NCBI GenBank assembly: GCA_009859145.1
Contig: VRVR01000028.1
Location: forward strand, 160,438 to 224,437
Source: Andalucia godoyi And28
Taxonomy: Eukaryota > Protista > Jakobida
Reading direction: 5' to 3'
Length of the DNA: 64,000 nt
Part shown: piece by piece, positions 54,736 through 64,000 of the stretch
Layout: the number at the start of each line of letters is the position of its first letter
How positions within the stretch are numbered: position 1 is the first letter of the stretch
Translations under genes and position numbers: made by a program
The notes under the pieces: model-generated
Database searches by the model: none
Told to the model about the DNA's origin: nothing
The model's input: only the letters and a program-made list of their open reading frames with translations

Positions 54736-54937
54736 ATGTTTTTTGTCTCTTTCTTCATCTTCATTTTCTTTGATTTCTCGCGCTGCGGTATTGAACTCAG
54801 ACAAGCCTTTGAAACGCCAAAAAAAGAACACTGGTCATAATCGTAAACCTAAACATACGTGAAACCTGTATTACATAATCCTTGTCTCGAATAGCCAAAA
54901 AGTAACGTCAGACCACGAAGGAACAGAAAAAACTGAT

Positions 54938-56629
54938 TCAGCTGCTGCGTAGTCGCTTTGCGCTTGGGGCTGTGACTGGTACGTCATCACGGCCATCAGC
55001 ACCGCTTTTGTTACGATTGCTGCCACCATTGTCGCCACCATCAGCACCATCACCATCACCATCATCATCGTCGTCGTCGTCATCTTCTTCTTCCCAAATG
55101 TCGTAGTCATGTTCATTATCATCTCCTGAGCCACCCAGATCGTCATCCTCTGTGGTCTCCTGGCTGTCCAACTTGCTGTCGTGGATACCTAGATACGCAT
55201 CGATTTGCCGCATGCATTCTGCCTTGGCCCGTTTCCGACACTCTGGGATGTTGAATGCTGCAGACGGTGTGGTATTCTTGACACTGATGGATCGTTGCGA
55301 CGACGTCGTATACTGCGAGCAACGCTCTGCATCGCTTTCGAGATCCGCCTTCATCTGAGAATCCTCGGAGGGAAACAGAAGAACACCACTTCTGGGTCGG
55401 CACGCAGAATCAAGATCATACTGCTTGAGGCTGATCTCTTGGACAAGTTGGGGATCCTCCGCAAAATACGGATGCTGCAACGCTGACTGAGCAGTCAAGC
55501 GGTTGGCAGGATCATACTGGAGCAACCGGACAAGCAGATCACATCCAAGAGGGGAGAGCGAGTTCCGGAAGCCAAGAGAGTCGATCCACGCCATTCGCGG
55601 ATATCTCGAAAACACTGGATTGTATCCCTTCGTACTTGTGAAACTTGGCCATTCAGAAGCCGTGGGAGATCCCAGAGTGCGGAAGATTGCGTCCAGCTGA
55701 CCCAACTCTTCCTTAGCATTGAACAGCGGGATTCTTCTTACGAGCTCAGCAAAGAGGCATCCCACAGACCACATGTCTACTTCTGGTCCGTATCGCTCCT
55801 CTCCCAAAAGCACTTCGGGCGGTCTGTACCACAGGGTTACCATCTGAGGGGTGAACTGCCTGCGAGAAGCCTCGGTTGCGGACCGCGAAATGCCAAAGTC
55901 TGCAATCTTGAGACAGTCATCCTTGACGCGCAGCAGGATGTTCTGCGGCTTCAAATCACGATGCACAAGATCGTGAGCATGAAAACAGCTAACCGCGGAA
56001 ATGATTTGCCACAGCCACCGACGAACGCGATTCGGCGCCAAGCGCACACCTTTTGGAAGCCTTTCTTTCATGTAGGTATACAAATCCGTGTCGAGCAGCT
56101 CGAAAACGATCTCGATTGACATGCATGCTTGCTCTGTGTCGCGGTATGTCAGACTGTGCATTCCAGACACTGCAGAATCCGCTGCGTTCGGAGCACTACT
56201 TGGTGATGCTGCCGTCGTTGACACGGACAAGGCCGCAGAAGACGGGATAGAAATTTCTCTGGGGACTCTCGGCGGAATGTAAATATGTACAATCTTCACG
56301 ATGTGATCGTGATCAGGACACTGGTATGCCGCGGAGGCCTCTCGAAGGAGCGAAGCAGGAACTCCAAACATGGATACTTCTCGCTTAAGATCGTCTTTGA
56401 AGCACTTGATAGCAAAGTCTTCGCGTCCGGTTTCGATCTCGCGACCGCGATACACTGTGCCAAATGCACCAGCAGAAATGCGATCCAGGCGTTGAAAGCG
56501 GCGTCGCTGCGACCGATCACCAAACGATCGGCGCGTAGGAACTGCAAACGGAGTCATTGGAGAAGTCTGTGGAGTATCCGAACTGGCTGTTCGAACAGGC
56601 GATGAAAAGCTGTTCAATGGAAACGACAT
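54938..56629 (-). CDS. Divergent CDK-family kinase (PASLLRE cyclin-binding helix) with acidic tail
   Basis: [38 protein letters not shown] and VTLWYRPPEVLLG. Confidence 0.92.
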   Translation of the reverse strand: MSFPLNSFSSPVRTASSDTPQTSPMTPFAVPTRRSFGDRSQRRRFQRLDRISAGAFGTVYRGREIETGREDFAIKCFKDDLKREVSMFGVPASLLREASAAYQCPDHDHIVKIVHIYIPPRVPREISIPSSAALSVSTTAASPSSAPNAADSAVSGMHSLTYRDTEQACMSIEIVFELLDTDLYTYMKERLPKGVRLAPNRVRRWLWQIISAVSCFHAHDLVHRDLKPQNILLRVKDDCLKIADFGISRSATEASRRQFTPQMVTLWYRPPEVLLGEERYGPEVDMWSVGCLFAELVRRIPLFNAKEELGQLDAIFRTLGSPTASEWPSFTSTKGYNPVFSRYPRMAWIDSLGFRNSLSPLGCDLLVRLLQYDPANRLTAQSALQHPYFAEDPQLVQEISLKQYDLDSACRPRSGVLLFPSEDSQMKADLESDAERCSQYTTSSQRSISVKNTTPSAAFNIPECRKRAKAECMRQIDAYLGIHDSKLDSQETTEDDDLGGSGDDNEHDYDIWEEEDDDDDDDDGDGDGADGGDNGGSNRNKSGADGRDDVPVTAPSAKRLRSS

Positions 56630-56675
56630 CCTCCTCCTCCTCTTCTTCTTCTTCTTCTTCTTCTTCTTCTTCTTC

Positions 56676-56706
<31 letters not shown>

Positions 56707-56921
56707 CGTTGTTGATGATGATTGATGATGATGTTGCTGCTGTTTCTTCTTGAGCGCTGTCGGAGTTCTCAGTGTAGAATGTTCAGTATAAAATTGAAAG
56801 CCAAAATAAAAGACGTGTCTGGGTGTTTTCGCAGGCTAAAAGAAAGTACCAATTGTTAATGGGTTAGAAAGAAGGGTTAGTGCGTTGGGGTTAATCGTCA
56901 CAGAAGAACTACAATTATAAG

Positions 56922-57120
56922 AACAGCGTGAACAGCCAGCACAACCATGAACATTGGACAATGCATTGCCGAATGGTCCAGGGGGTTTCTCAGTGTTTTT
57001 TCAATCCCATCTGAAAAACACGCTGCGCGTCCAATTCTGGTTGATGCTATTTGCCTATTATGGGAAAAGGGGCGCGTATTCAGTAGGCGCTGGCGGGTTT
57101 TCCGAGTGAGAAACGCTGAT
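56922..57120. ncRNA. Candidate structured non-coding RNA
   Basis: Several complementary blocks, two of them crossing (see findings); no family motif confidently recognised. Confidence 0.3.
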
Positions 57121-57283
57121 TGCTTCTTTGATTTCTTCATTCCGTTGGTTCGTTTCTTCTACTTCTTTTCTACTACTACTACTACTACTACTACAACTTC
57201 TGCCTACTTGATTTGCACCGTGATACGTGACACTGTCCAAAACAAAACAAAAAAAGAAAAAAAGGAAAAAAAAGAAAGGAGGG

Positions 57284-58504
57284 ATGAGCAAGATCGTGTT
57301 GTTGTTTTTAGCGTGTGTGCTGAGTGGCGGAGCGTTCTCGCATGCATATGATGCATCGAGTTCGTCTGGGTATCTGTTGTGGGGAGGAAAGAACATTTAT
57401 CGCACTGCTCAGAACGATGCGAATTCGACTACGACGCTGGTAGACTTTAGTTCTGTGAACACGTACATCATGATGCTCAATGTGGATGTGCAGCAGGGAT
57501 ACATGTACTGGACTGGAAACGGAATTGTCTATCGTGCGCATTTGAACGGCCTGGCAGCAGGCTATCCGTCGAATGTCACTTCTGCAGCCGACGACAATGA
57601 CGACGGGTCAGGTTCGCCGAATTACGTGTTCTACAAGGACATGCCGGTCGGATACAGCCTTGGCTTTGATTTTGCTTCGCAGCAGATGTTTTTCGAAAGC
57701 GGCGCATGGAATGTGTACAGCATGGACTTGGTGACTCGAAAGGTTACGCTGTTGACGCAAGCACAATATCCGGGATCGGCATCGACGGGTCCGATTGCAG
57801 TGCATGGCAATCAGCTGTACTGGGCTGCGGAAGGATCCGGGCTGTTCAGCATGCCGTCGGACGGCAGTTCGTCGCCGCGATCTCTTGGAAACGTAGTGTC
57901 GTTTCCCCGCGGACTGATCGCAACCAGCAGTGCTCTCTGGGTGTCCGGCTTCATCAACAACATCGCATACGAAATCTCATTTGGGGGATCTGTGATTGCG
58001 TCGTACGGCCCAGGAACTCCCGTCACCGCCATGGGCGAGATGTGTTCGGTTGCATACGACGAGGTCTCCGGAACACTGTACGGCGGTGTTCAGTCGCAGC
58101 CGTACGCTTCGAACGCCGGGGTATGGCGAATGGATCCCAAGGCAGGCGGAGACAAGCTGCTCTTTCCATGGATTCCGCTGCAGCAGTCTTCAGACACTCT
58201 TGGAATGTGCGCAATGGCAGTTGTCCCGAACGTCGTCCCCGCGATCAAGGCTGTGTCCACCACGAAGGTCTCCAGACTTGGGAACACGGAACTGCTGATC
58301 CAAGCAGACAATGTCATATCCAATACTCAAAAGCCTACGTGTTTGTTTGGCGGCATCATTGCTGTCGGTGCGCAGTTTGTGCTCCCTGGAACAATCAAGT
58401 GTGTTGCTCCGGTTTCGCCCGTCGCTGGTCAAACTACGTTGCAGATCGCAAACTTTGATTATGGCTCCGACTATTCTGCCGCTGTCAACATTCTCTACCA
58501 GTGA
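57284..58504 (+). CDS. Secreted beta-propeller (YWTD/LDLR-like) protein with C-terminal IPT/TIG domain
   Basis: Signal peptide; repeated YMYWTG, QLYWAAE and ALWVSG blades; C-terminal P.C.FGG...IKCVAP. Confidence 0.75.
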   Translation: MSKIVLLFLACVLSGGAFSHAYDASSSSGYLLWGGKNIYRTAQNDANSTTTLVDFSSVNTYIMMLNVDVQQGYMYWTGNGIVYRAHLNGLAAGYPSNVTSAADDNDDGSGSPNYVFYKDMPVGYSLGFDFASQQMFFESGAWNVYSMDLVTRKVTLLTQAQYPGSASTGPIAVHGNQLYWAAEGSGLFSMPSDGSSSPRSLGNVVSFPRGLIATSSALWVSGFINNIAYEISFGGSVIASYGPGTPVTAMGEMCSVAYDEVSGTLYGGVQSQPYASNAGVWRMDPKAGGDKLLFPWIPLQQSSDTLGMCAMAVVPNVVPAIKAVSTTKVSRLGNTELLIQADNVISNTQKPTCLFGGIIAVGAQFVLPGTIKCVAPVSPVAGQTTLQIANFDYGSDYSAAVNILYQ

Positions 58505-58907
58505 TTCCTCTTTTCCTATTGTCGTGCTGTGCGCCAGTACCAGTTGTTGTTTACCTTGCTCTGTCTCAGTGCCTTTTTTGTATCCCACTATTTACCGTAT
58601 AATATTTTTTTTTGGTTTCCATCTTCTGTAGTCGCCCTTGCAGAACACGGAAAAAATGAAATTGATGCTTGATGCTTTCCAAGCAGTCTCCTTCGCTTCA
58701 AGCCCTTTTCTGCCTCAGACAGCGTTGTTCTGCTTGAATCCAACTATTTCTTCTGTTATGACGAATCTGCAGCATAACATTTGTTTTTTTAAATTTTAAA
58801 TTTTAAATTTTTTTGGTTTTGTTTTGTTTGTTCTGTATATACGCTATTCGTAGTTATACTTACGCGAGTGTCCGTTGGAGGAGGATCTGAGCTGGGGTGG
58901 GGGAGAA

Positions 58908-59717
58908 ATGGGAGGATTTGGTAGTTTCTTGGCGGTGTTTTCCGTGCTGATTGCGCATTCGCACATCTTGTCGATCTTGACAATGGATCAATCGTCGTTT
59001 ATCATGCTGTTTTGCACGTATTCGAAAGCAGTGCCGATTGTTATGATGGCAATTGCATCGACGTTCAAGTCACCGTATGCATTCAACACCCGCCTATGGA
59101 CGTTCCTCGCTTTGGCATGCTCTGCAGTAGGAGACGTGTTTCTGCTTTCTGCAGCCGAAGACGCGCTGATCCGAGGATTGGGTGCGTTTCTTCTTGCGCA
59201 TGTGTTTTACATATTTAAGTTTGTTGCGATCTCAAGGACGTTCAGACCGGGCTATGCATTCCTGTACTCGCTTGTTGCGGCGTGTCTGCTGTATTCGCTG
59301 TGGCCATTCCTGCCGCAGCACATGCTCCTGCCAGTCGTCGTCTACGGCTCCGTGCTCTCGCTGATGGCGGAACGAGCGGCAGAATGCTTCGGGGCGGTCG
59401 GAGCCATTGGAGGATTTCTCTTCGTTGCTTCCGATTGGATTCTTGCGACTAACCAATTTCGATGGTCCGTTGCAAATGAAACGATCCTCGGATTCGATAC
59501 GACGTCGGCGGAATTCCAAAAGTACGCCCGAGTGGCCGTCATGCTTACCTACTATGGATCGCAGTTTTTGCTCAATCTCGAAGTTCTCAGCAGCAAGAGA
59601 CATTCAAAGCACAAATCACAGAATGTCCGCGGAAAGGCTGCCTCAACAACCGCCGCGGCATCTTCGTCAGCAGCTCCCAAGCGGTCTCAGAAGGAACCTG
59701 TCCGCAAAGTCGATTAA
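58908..59717 (+). CDS. TMEM86: YhhN/TMEM86 lysoplasmalogenase-like membrane protein
   Basis: SAVGDVFLL, GLGAFLLAHVFYI, GGFLFVASDWILA and VMLTYYGSQFLL. Confidence 0.92.
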   Translation: MGGFGSFLAVFSVLIAHSHILSILTMDQSSFIMLFCTYSKAVPIVMMAIASTFKSPYAFNTRLWTFLALACSAVGDVFLLSAAEDALIRGLGAFLLAHVFYIFKFVAISRTFRPGYAFLYSLVAACLLYSLWPFLPQHMLLPVVVYGSVLSLMAERAAECFGAVGAIGGFLFVASDWILATNQFRWSVANETILGFDTTSAEFQKYARVAVMLTYYGSQFLLNLEVLSSKRHSKHKSQNVRGKAASTTAAASSSAAPKRSQKEPVRKVD

Positions 59718-59974
59718 TTCATACATTGATGCTGTTATTTATGTTCTAGGATGTGTTCGTAATTCCCCCCCTTGCTCTCTGTTTGTGGTGTTGTCCGTGT
59801 TGTGTTGCGCTTGTTGTAAAATTGGTTTGCTCCATTTCTCTTTCGTCACCATCCGTCAAAACGTCACCCCTGTGCAGGTGGCTCTATGTACGTAGGAATA
59901 CGTCTGCACCCGGGAAGCAGAAAGCAGTCCCTGGAAGCGGTTTCGAAATTCAAAACTCTCAAACACTGCCGTGT

Positions 59975-60439
59975 GCCTACGTTGTACACTAACCACGGAT
60001 AATCGTCGCTGATCACCCATAATCGATGTTGCAACCCAACAACATGCATGGCATTGACTGGGAAGGGGGCAGGCCCCAGCACGCCCCCTCGCCATGAGAG
60101 ACGCTCTTAAGAGAGATGTTGCGCGCGCCGTTCCAATCGCGGTCGATCGTTCCGGCGGCGGTGGAGATTGTCACAGGTCCTGCGCAGCGTTGCGGGCGTG
60201 GCGTACATGGTGCGTTGCATGGACAATAAGAATAACAATAAAAATAAGTCGTGAGCGTCGCTGTGCGAGAATGCAACGCGGCGGCGTGTGTTTATAGGGA
60301 CTTCATGATCAAAATGGGGGCGAAACGAATCGGGCATCGTGTGACGGAGCTGCTTAAGATAACAAACGCATGCGCATGGCGCGTGGCAGTGTTTTTGCGC
60401 TCTAGACTGCTTCGTCATATCGCAATAAGTGGCAGGGGC
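59975..60439 (-). repeat. Dispersed element family B, copy B2 (inverted)
   Basis: Reverse complement aligns end to end with B1. Confidence 0.92.
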
Positions 60440-60896
60440 TCTCTTGTGTGTTTTTGCTGTGCGTTGTCCGGTTGCTGCTTCGAAATTGAAACAGTGTACT
60501 GTGCATGCCTACCGCGTCGTACACCGGGCCGCTGATCATCGAGTTTTGTGTCTTCAGCGACCTTGAGAAATGCCCAACTTTCCCTCTCCACCCTTCGCAA
60601 CAAGATCAGATGCCTCTTCTGTCCGTTTTTTGTCAGCAGCGGACGCGAGAGCTCCGCTGGAAAAGAAACGTGTGAGCAGATCGGGGGAGGCGACTCCCAA
60701 CCATCCATCCGTTGCTGCAAGCCCCAAAACCATCAGAACAGATTTCATTTTTTTAAATAAAAAAAAGCACCCATCCTTCTTGCCCCGCCTTCCTCTTCTC
60801 TTATAGACTTGGAAAACGAAAAGAAAAAGAGCGAAAGAGAAGAAAAGCGAAGGGCTGGGGAAAAAAAAAAGAAGAAGCTGTTAATCAATCTGCGAT

Positions 60897-62657
60897 ATGC
60901 GGCGTGTCGTTGAACTTGCAGTCTTTGCGATTGCAATTCTTGTTCTTCCCTGTTTGTCAAGTGCGGCCATTCCTTCCTGGTTCGGAAACCTGCCTGCATC
61001 TTACGATCTTCGAAACACCTCGTGTTATTTAAATGCGATTCAAAACCAAGGAATCTGCGGCGATTGTTACAGTGTCAGCTCGTCGACTGTCATGTCAATC
61101 GTGCGCTGTATGGCGCAGAATGGTGTTTCTGCTCGACCTGCCGATTGGGCTGTTGTTTCATCGCAGTTTACTTCGTCAGTCGCGTATTCGCTGGGAGGTG
61201 TCGCATATCCGTGCGGCGGGGGAGATCCCTTGAAGGACATTATGAATGCGTGGGCTTCTTCTGTGCTCGATAACGGGGCCGCCAATGTGATGCTTACGTG
61301 TTCGAACAACTGTACCTACGGCTGCGATCCAAACATGCTTCCAGTTTGTCCCGAATCGCAATCTCAGACGACCACTGGATCTTCCTTGGGAGTAAGTGCA
61401 CCGTCGTACTGTACCCCATCGGCTTCTTCAGCGTACTGGTCCACGACAACGTGCCCACAGTCTACTGCTGGGACGTCGTATACATCCAACTTTTCTGATC
61501 CTGCGTGGGCGTGGGTCACGAGCGGGCAGATCAGCATTGAATACAATGGAAGCTCGTGGAGCACGTCAACGATCAGCAGCATTATGTCCGCAGTGAACGA
61601 GACCGGTGCAGTGGTCCTGACATTCGATGCTTGTGATGAGTGGCAGTCGTGGGTGCAGTCCATCTGCCCTGCGAGTACCCACGAGTGCGACAGCGGTTGC
61701 TTTACGCAGCTGAAAGTTCCTCTTTCGGGTTCCGGACTGATGTGCTACTCGTACTCGTCGTTCCCGTTGGCGACGGGATCCGTTTCTTTGGGATCCTCGA
61801 CGGTGTACTATTATGTCATCCCGACAAACACTCCTGGACTAAATGTGAAGAACGCGTTTAACGGCACGTCGTGTTCTTGCAGCGACTCGTACTCTGGACA
61901 CGCCGTGTCCATTGTCGGGTGGTTGGAAGCTGCCCCGAATACCGGACAGCCTGCGTTCATTGTGCAGAATTCGTGGGGCCCAACGTTTGGTGATGGTGGA
62001 TACTTCTACCTTGACATGGCGTCCTTTGCAAACTTCTCCAGTCCAACAGGAAGCGTCTTCCCAGTCTCTGTTTCCAAGATCAAGATGATTCCTCGCTCGC
62101 AACTTGCCTCGTATGGAACAAATGCCCTCCAGAATTCCATACAGAACAATCCACCACAATCGGTGCTGCAGTGCTTCAATGAAATGGATGCGGCTGGAGC
62201 TGCGGTTTCGACGCAAGCTCAGCTTAATCCATCCACTGGAAAGTTAGTGAAGAGCCTGCAGTTGCGGAAGGCTGGGCACCCCATCCTGCTCAAGTCCAAT
62301 GGAACGCAGTATGAGCATGTGCGCCGTTCTCTGGCAACCATTCTCGGTGCAAAGTATGGCCAGACTCTGGTTCCTCAAGGCTTGTCTTCCATAACCCAAC
62401 AGGTTGTCGGTGGTGGCAAACTGTATCGGGGAACCATTATCTGGAAGGATCTGTCTTCAGGCAATGCTTACCAAACCGTGTTTACTGCGCGCTCATCAGG
62501 AGGCCGGGGCTCCAATCTCAACGGAGGTCTTGAGATCCAAGGAGAAACCACCACCCAGGTTTCCAATATTTCAAACCAGTCTTCCGCACCGATTTCCACA
62601 ACCCTCGGAGCTCTTGCAGCGATCGCGGTTTCCTCCATGCTCGCAATGATCCTCTAA
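60897..62657 (+). CDS. Papain-family (C1A) cysteine protease with C-terminal cystatin-like region and GPI-like tail
   Basis: LPASYDLR, QNQGICGDCY, GHAVSIVGW and QNSWGPTFGDGGYFYL; QQVVG motif and hydrophobic C-terminus. Confidence 0.9.
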   Translation: MRRVVELAVFAIAILVLPCLSSAAIPSWFGNLPASYDLRNTSCYLNAIQNQGICGDCYSVSSSTVMSIVRCMAQNGVSARPADWAVVSSQFTSSVAYSLGGVAYPCGGGDPLKDIMNAWASSVLDNGAANVMLTCSNNCTYGCDPNMLPVCPESQSQTTTGSSLGVSAPSYCTPSASSAYWSTTTCPQSTAGTSYTSNFSDPAWAWVTSGQISIEYNGSSWSTSTISSIMSAVNETGAVVLTFDACDEWQSWVQSICPASTHECDSGCFTQLKVPLSGSGLMCYSYSSFPLATGSVSLGSSTVYYYVIPTNTPGLNVKNAFNGTSCSCSDSYSGHAVSIVGWLEAAPNTGQPAFIVQNSWGPTFGDGGYFYLDMASFANFSSPTGSVFPVSVSKIKMIPRSQLASYGTNALQNSIQNNPPQSVLQCFNEMDAAGAAVSTQAQLNPSTGKLVKSLQLRKAGHPILLKSNGTQYEHVRRSLATILGAKYGQTLVPQGLSSITQQVVGGGKLYRGTIIWKDLSSGNAYQTVFTARSSGGRGSNLNGGLEIQGETTTQVSNISNQSSAPISTTLGALAAIAVSSMLAMIL

Positions 62658-62719
62658 AATTCTTCATGCTTTCATTCGTAAACCACTCAAAAGCGAAATC
62701 CCTTCAGGTACACCCTCTT

Positions 62720-62859
62720 ACCACTCGCCAAAACATGAATCATTATTAATCATTGGTTAAGCTGTCACCGAAAACAGATCCAAGCCACATGTTTTTTTGT
62801 TTTTATTTATTTGGGGGCGAGCACCACCTCTTCAATGCAGATTGCTGGTCATCGCAATC
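62720..62859 (+). repeat. Degenerate dispersed repeat family C, copy C2
   Basis: Aligns with 34304-34460. Confidence 0.75.
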
Positions 62860-63188
62860 GACATATTCCACAATCGATTCAGCATTCAAAAAATGAACGT
62901 TGGAGGAAATAGAATGTGGTCGGCGGCGTTGCGCATCGCATGCGCAATTCCAAGGTGAAGAATGAAGGACTTCTGGACCTGACTCATCTCGTCCCCATAG
63001 AGTAAGAGAAACAACCGTGTTCCGTGCTCATCATCGACTGTAACAATTTTTTTTTGGCGCCCAAACGCAATCCCAAAGTGCGGGAAAAGACTATTCTCTC
63101 CACCATTTCATTACGATTCGTTTCGTTGCTTTTAAAATATTATTACCTGTGTTGATTTTTCATTAATCAAGGGTAGCTTGGCTTCGTC

Positions 63189-64000
63189 ATGACAACGGTT
63201 GAAGAACTGATCCCAAGGATATGTAAACAGGAATTTCTCCTACCCGCTTCTCGCTCAAGAGGTATGTATTGATTCATCGTTCTTTTTTCTTTTCTTCTTC
63301 TTCTTCTTCTTCTTCTTCTTCTTCTTCTTCAACAACAACAAAAAAAGAGATATTCGTCCTTCTTTCTTTGTCCTCTGTCATTTGATGGCTGAGATGGTGA
63401 TGATTTACCCTGACTACCTGGTGTGTAGAGTCGTTCGTTCTGGGGATTGATGAAGCTGGAAGAGGGCCTGTTCTTGGACCAATGGTGTATGGAGCAGCAT
63501 GGTGCCCAGAGACCTATGAACAGAGTCTTCGTCAGAAATTTGGAGTGAATGATTCGAAGCAACTGACGGAGGGTTCTCGCGACAGCATTTTGTGTTCCAT
63601 GTTAGCATCATCTGAAGCGGATGCACCGAGATCCATTTGCTGTGCAGTTCGTGTTCTTTCTCCTGCGTATCTGAGTGCCGAAATGCTTGCGCCAGATCGA
63701 ATGTCGCTCAATGAAGTCTCATTTCGTGCGGCGTTCGGGCTGCTGCGGACTGCTCTCGATGCAGGTATTCCAGTTGCAAAGGTGTTTGTGGACACGGTGG
63801 GAGATCCGGACAAGTACAGAGAAAAGTTTGAGAGAGAGTTTCTGTCCAATCCGGAAATCAAGTTTGTTGTTTCGAAAAAGGCAGATTCGCTGTTTCCAAT
63901 TGTCGGTGCTGCTTCCATCGTTGCCAAGGTCGTTCGTGACGGAATTGTGCATGACTGGCCGTTTATGGAGCCGGTCGAAGGCGCAGCGGATGTTTCCAAC
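63189..64000 (+). CDS. RNASEH2A: RNase H2 catalytic subunit (3' partial); exon 1 63189-63261, intron 63262-63428, exon 2 from 63429 to the window end
   Basis: VLGIDEAGRGPVLGPMVYG, VNDSKQL, VFVDTVGDP and KKADSLFPIVGAASIVAKV; GAG|GTATGT...GTAG|AG joins in frame. Confidence 0.95.

Overview
Gene-dense, intron-poor eukaryotic nuclear DNA, about one gene per 2 kb. The gene set (GMF, PEX16, LAMTOR4, ULK4, CDK1, ERT1/RDS2-type Zn2Cys6 factor) suggests a free-living protist; the taxon cannot be fixed from sequence alone. About 29 protein genes and one tRNA-Thr(AGT) are supported. Three genes need a 5'-proximal GTATGT...TAG intron that the ORF track misses (GMF, a disordered protein at 30.9-34.1 kb, RNASEH2A). 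The main unexplained structure is a set of non-coding 415-470 bp intergenic elements: family A (4 copies), family B (2 copies) and one core-only copy. They share a ~150-170 nt 3' core, a gccgctg-like 5' end, a ...TGTAG(G) 3' end and a subterminal hairpin conserved in position and length but not sequence, with no ORF and no visible target-site duplication. Other notable items: a papain-type protease lacking a prodomain but carrying a C-terminal cystatin-like motif and GPI-like tail, a bacterial-type ferric reductase with a perfect PTS2 motif, a prokaryote-like P-type ATPase, a candidate pseudoknotted ncRNA at ~56.9-57.1 kb and an ORF interrupted by one in-frame TGA. All calls are by eye; no searches were run.
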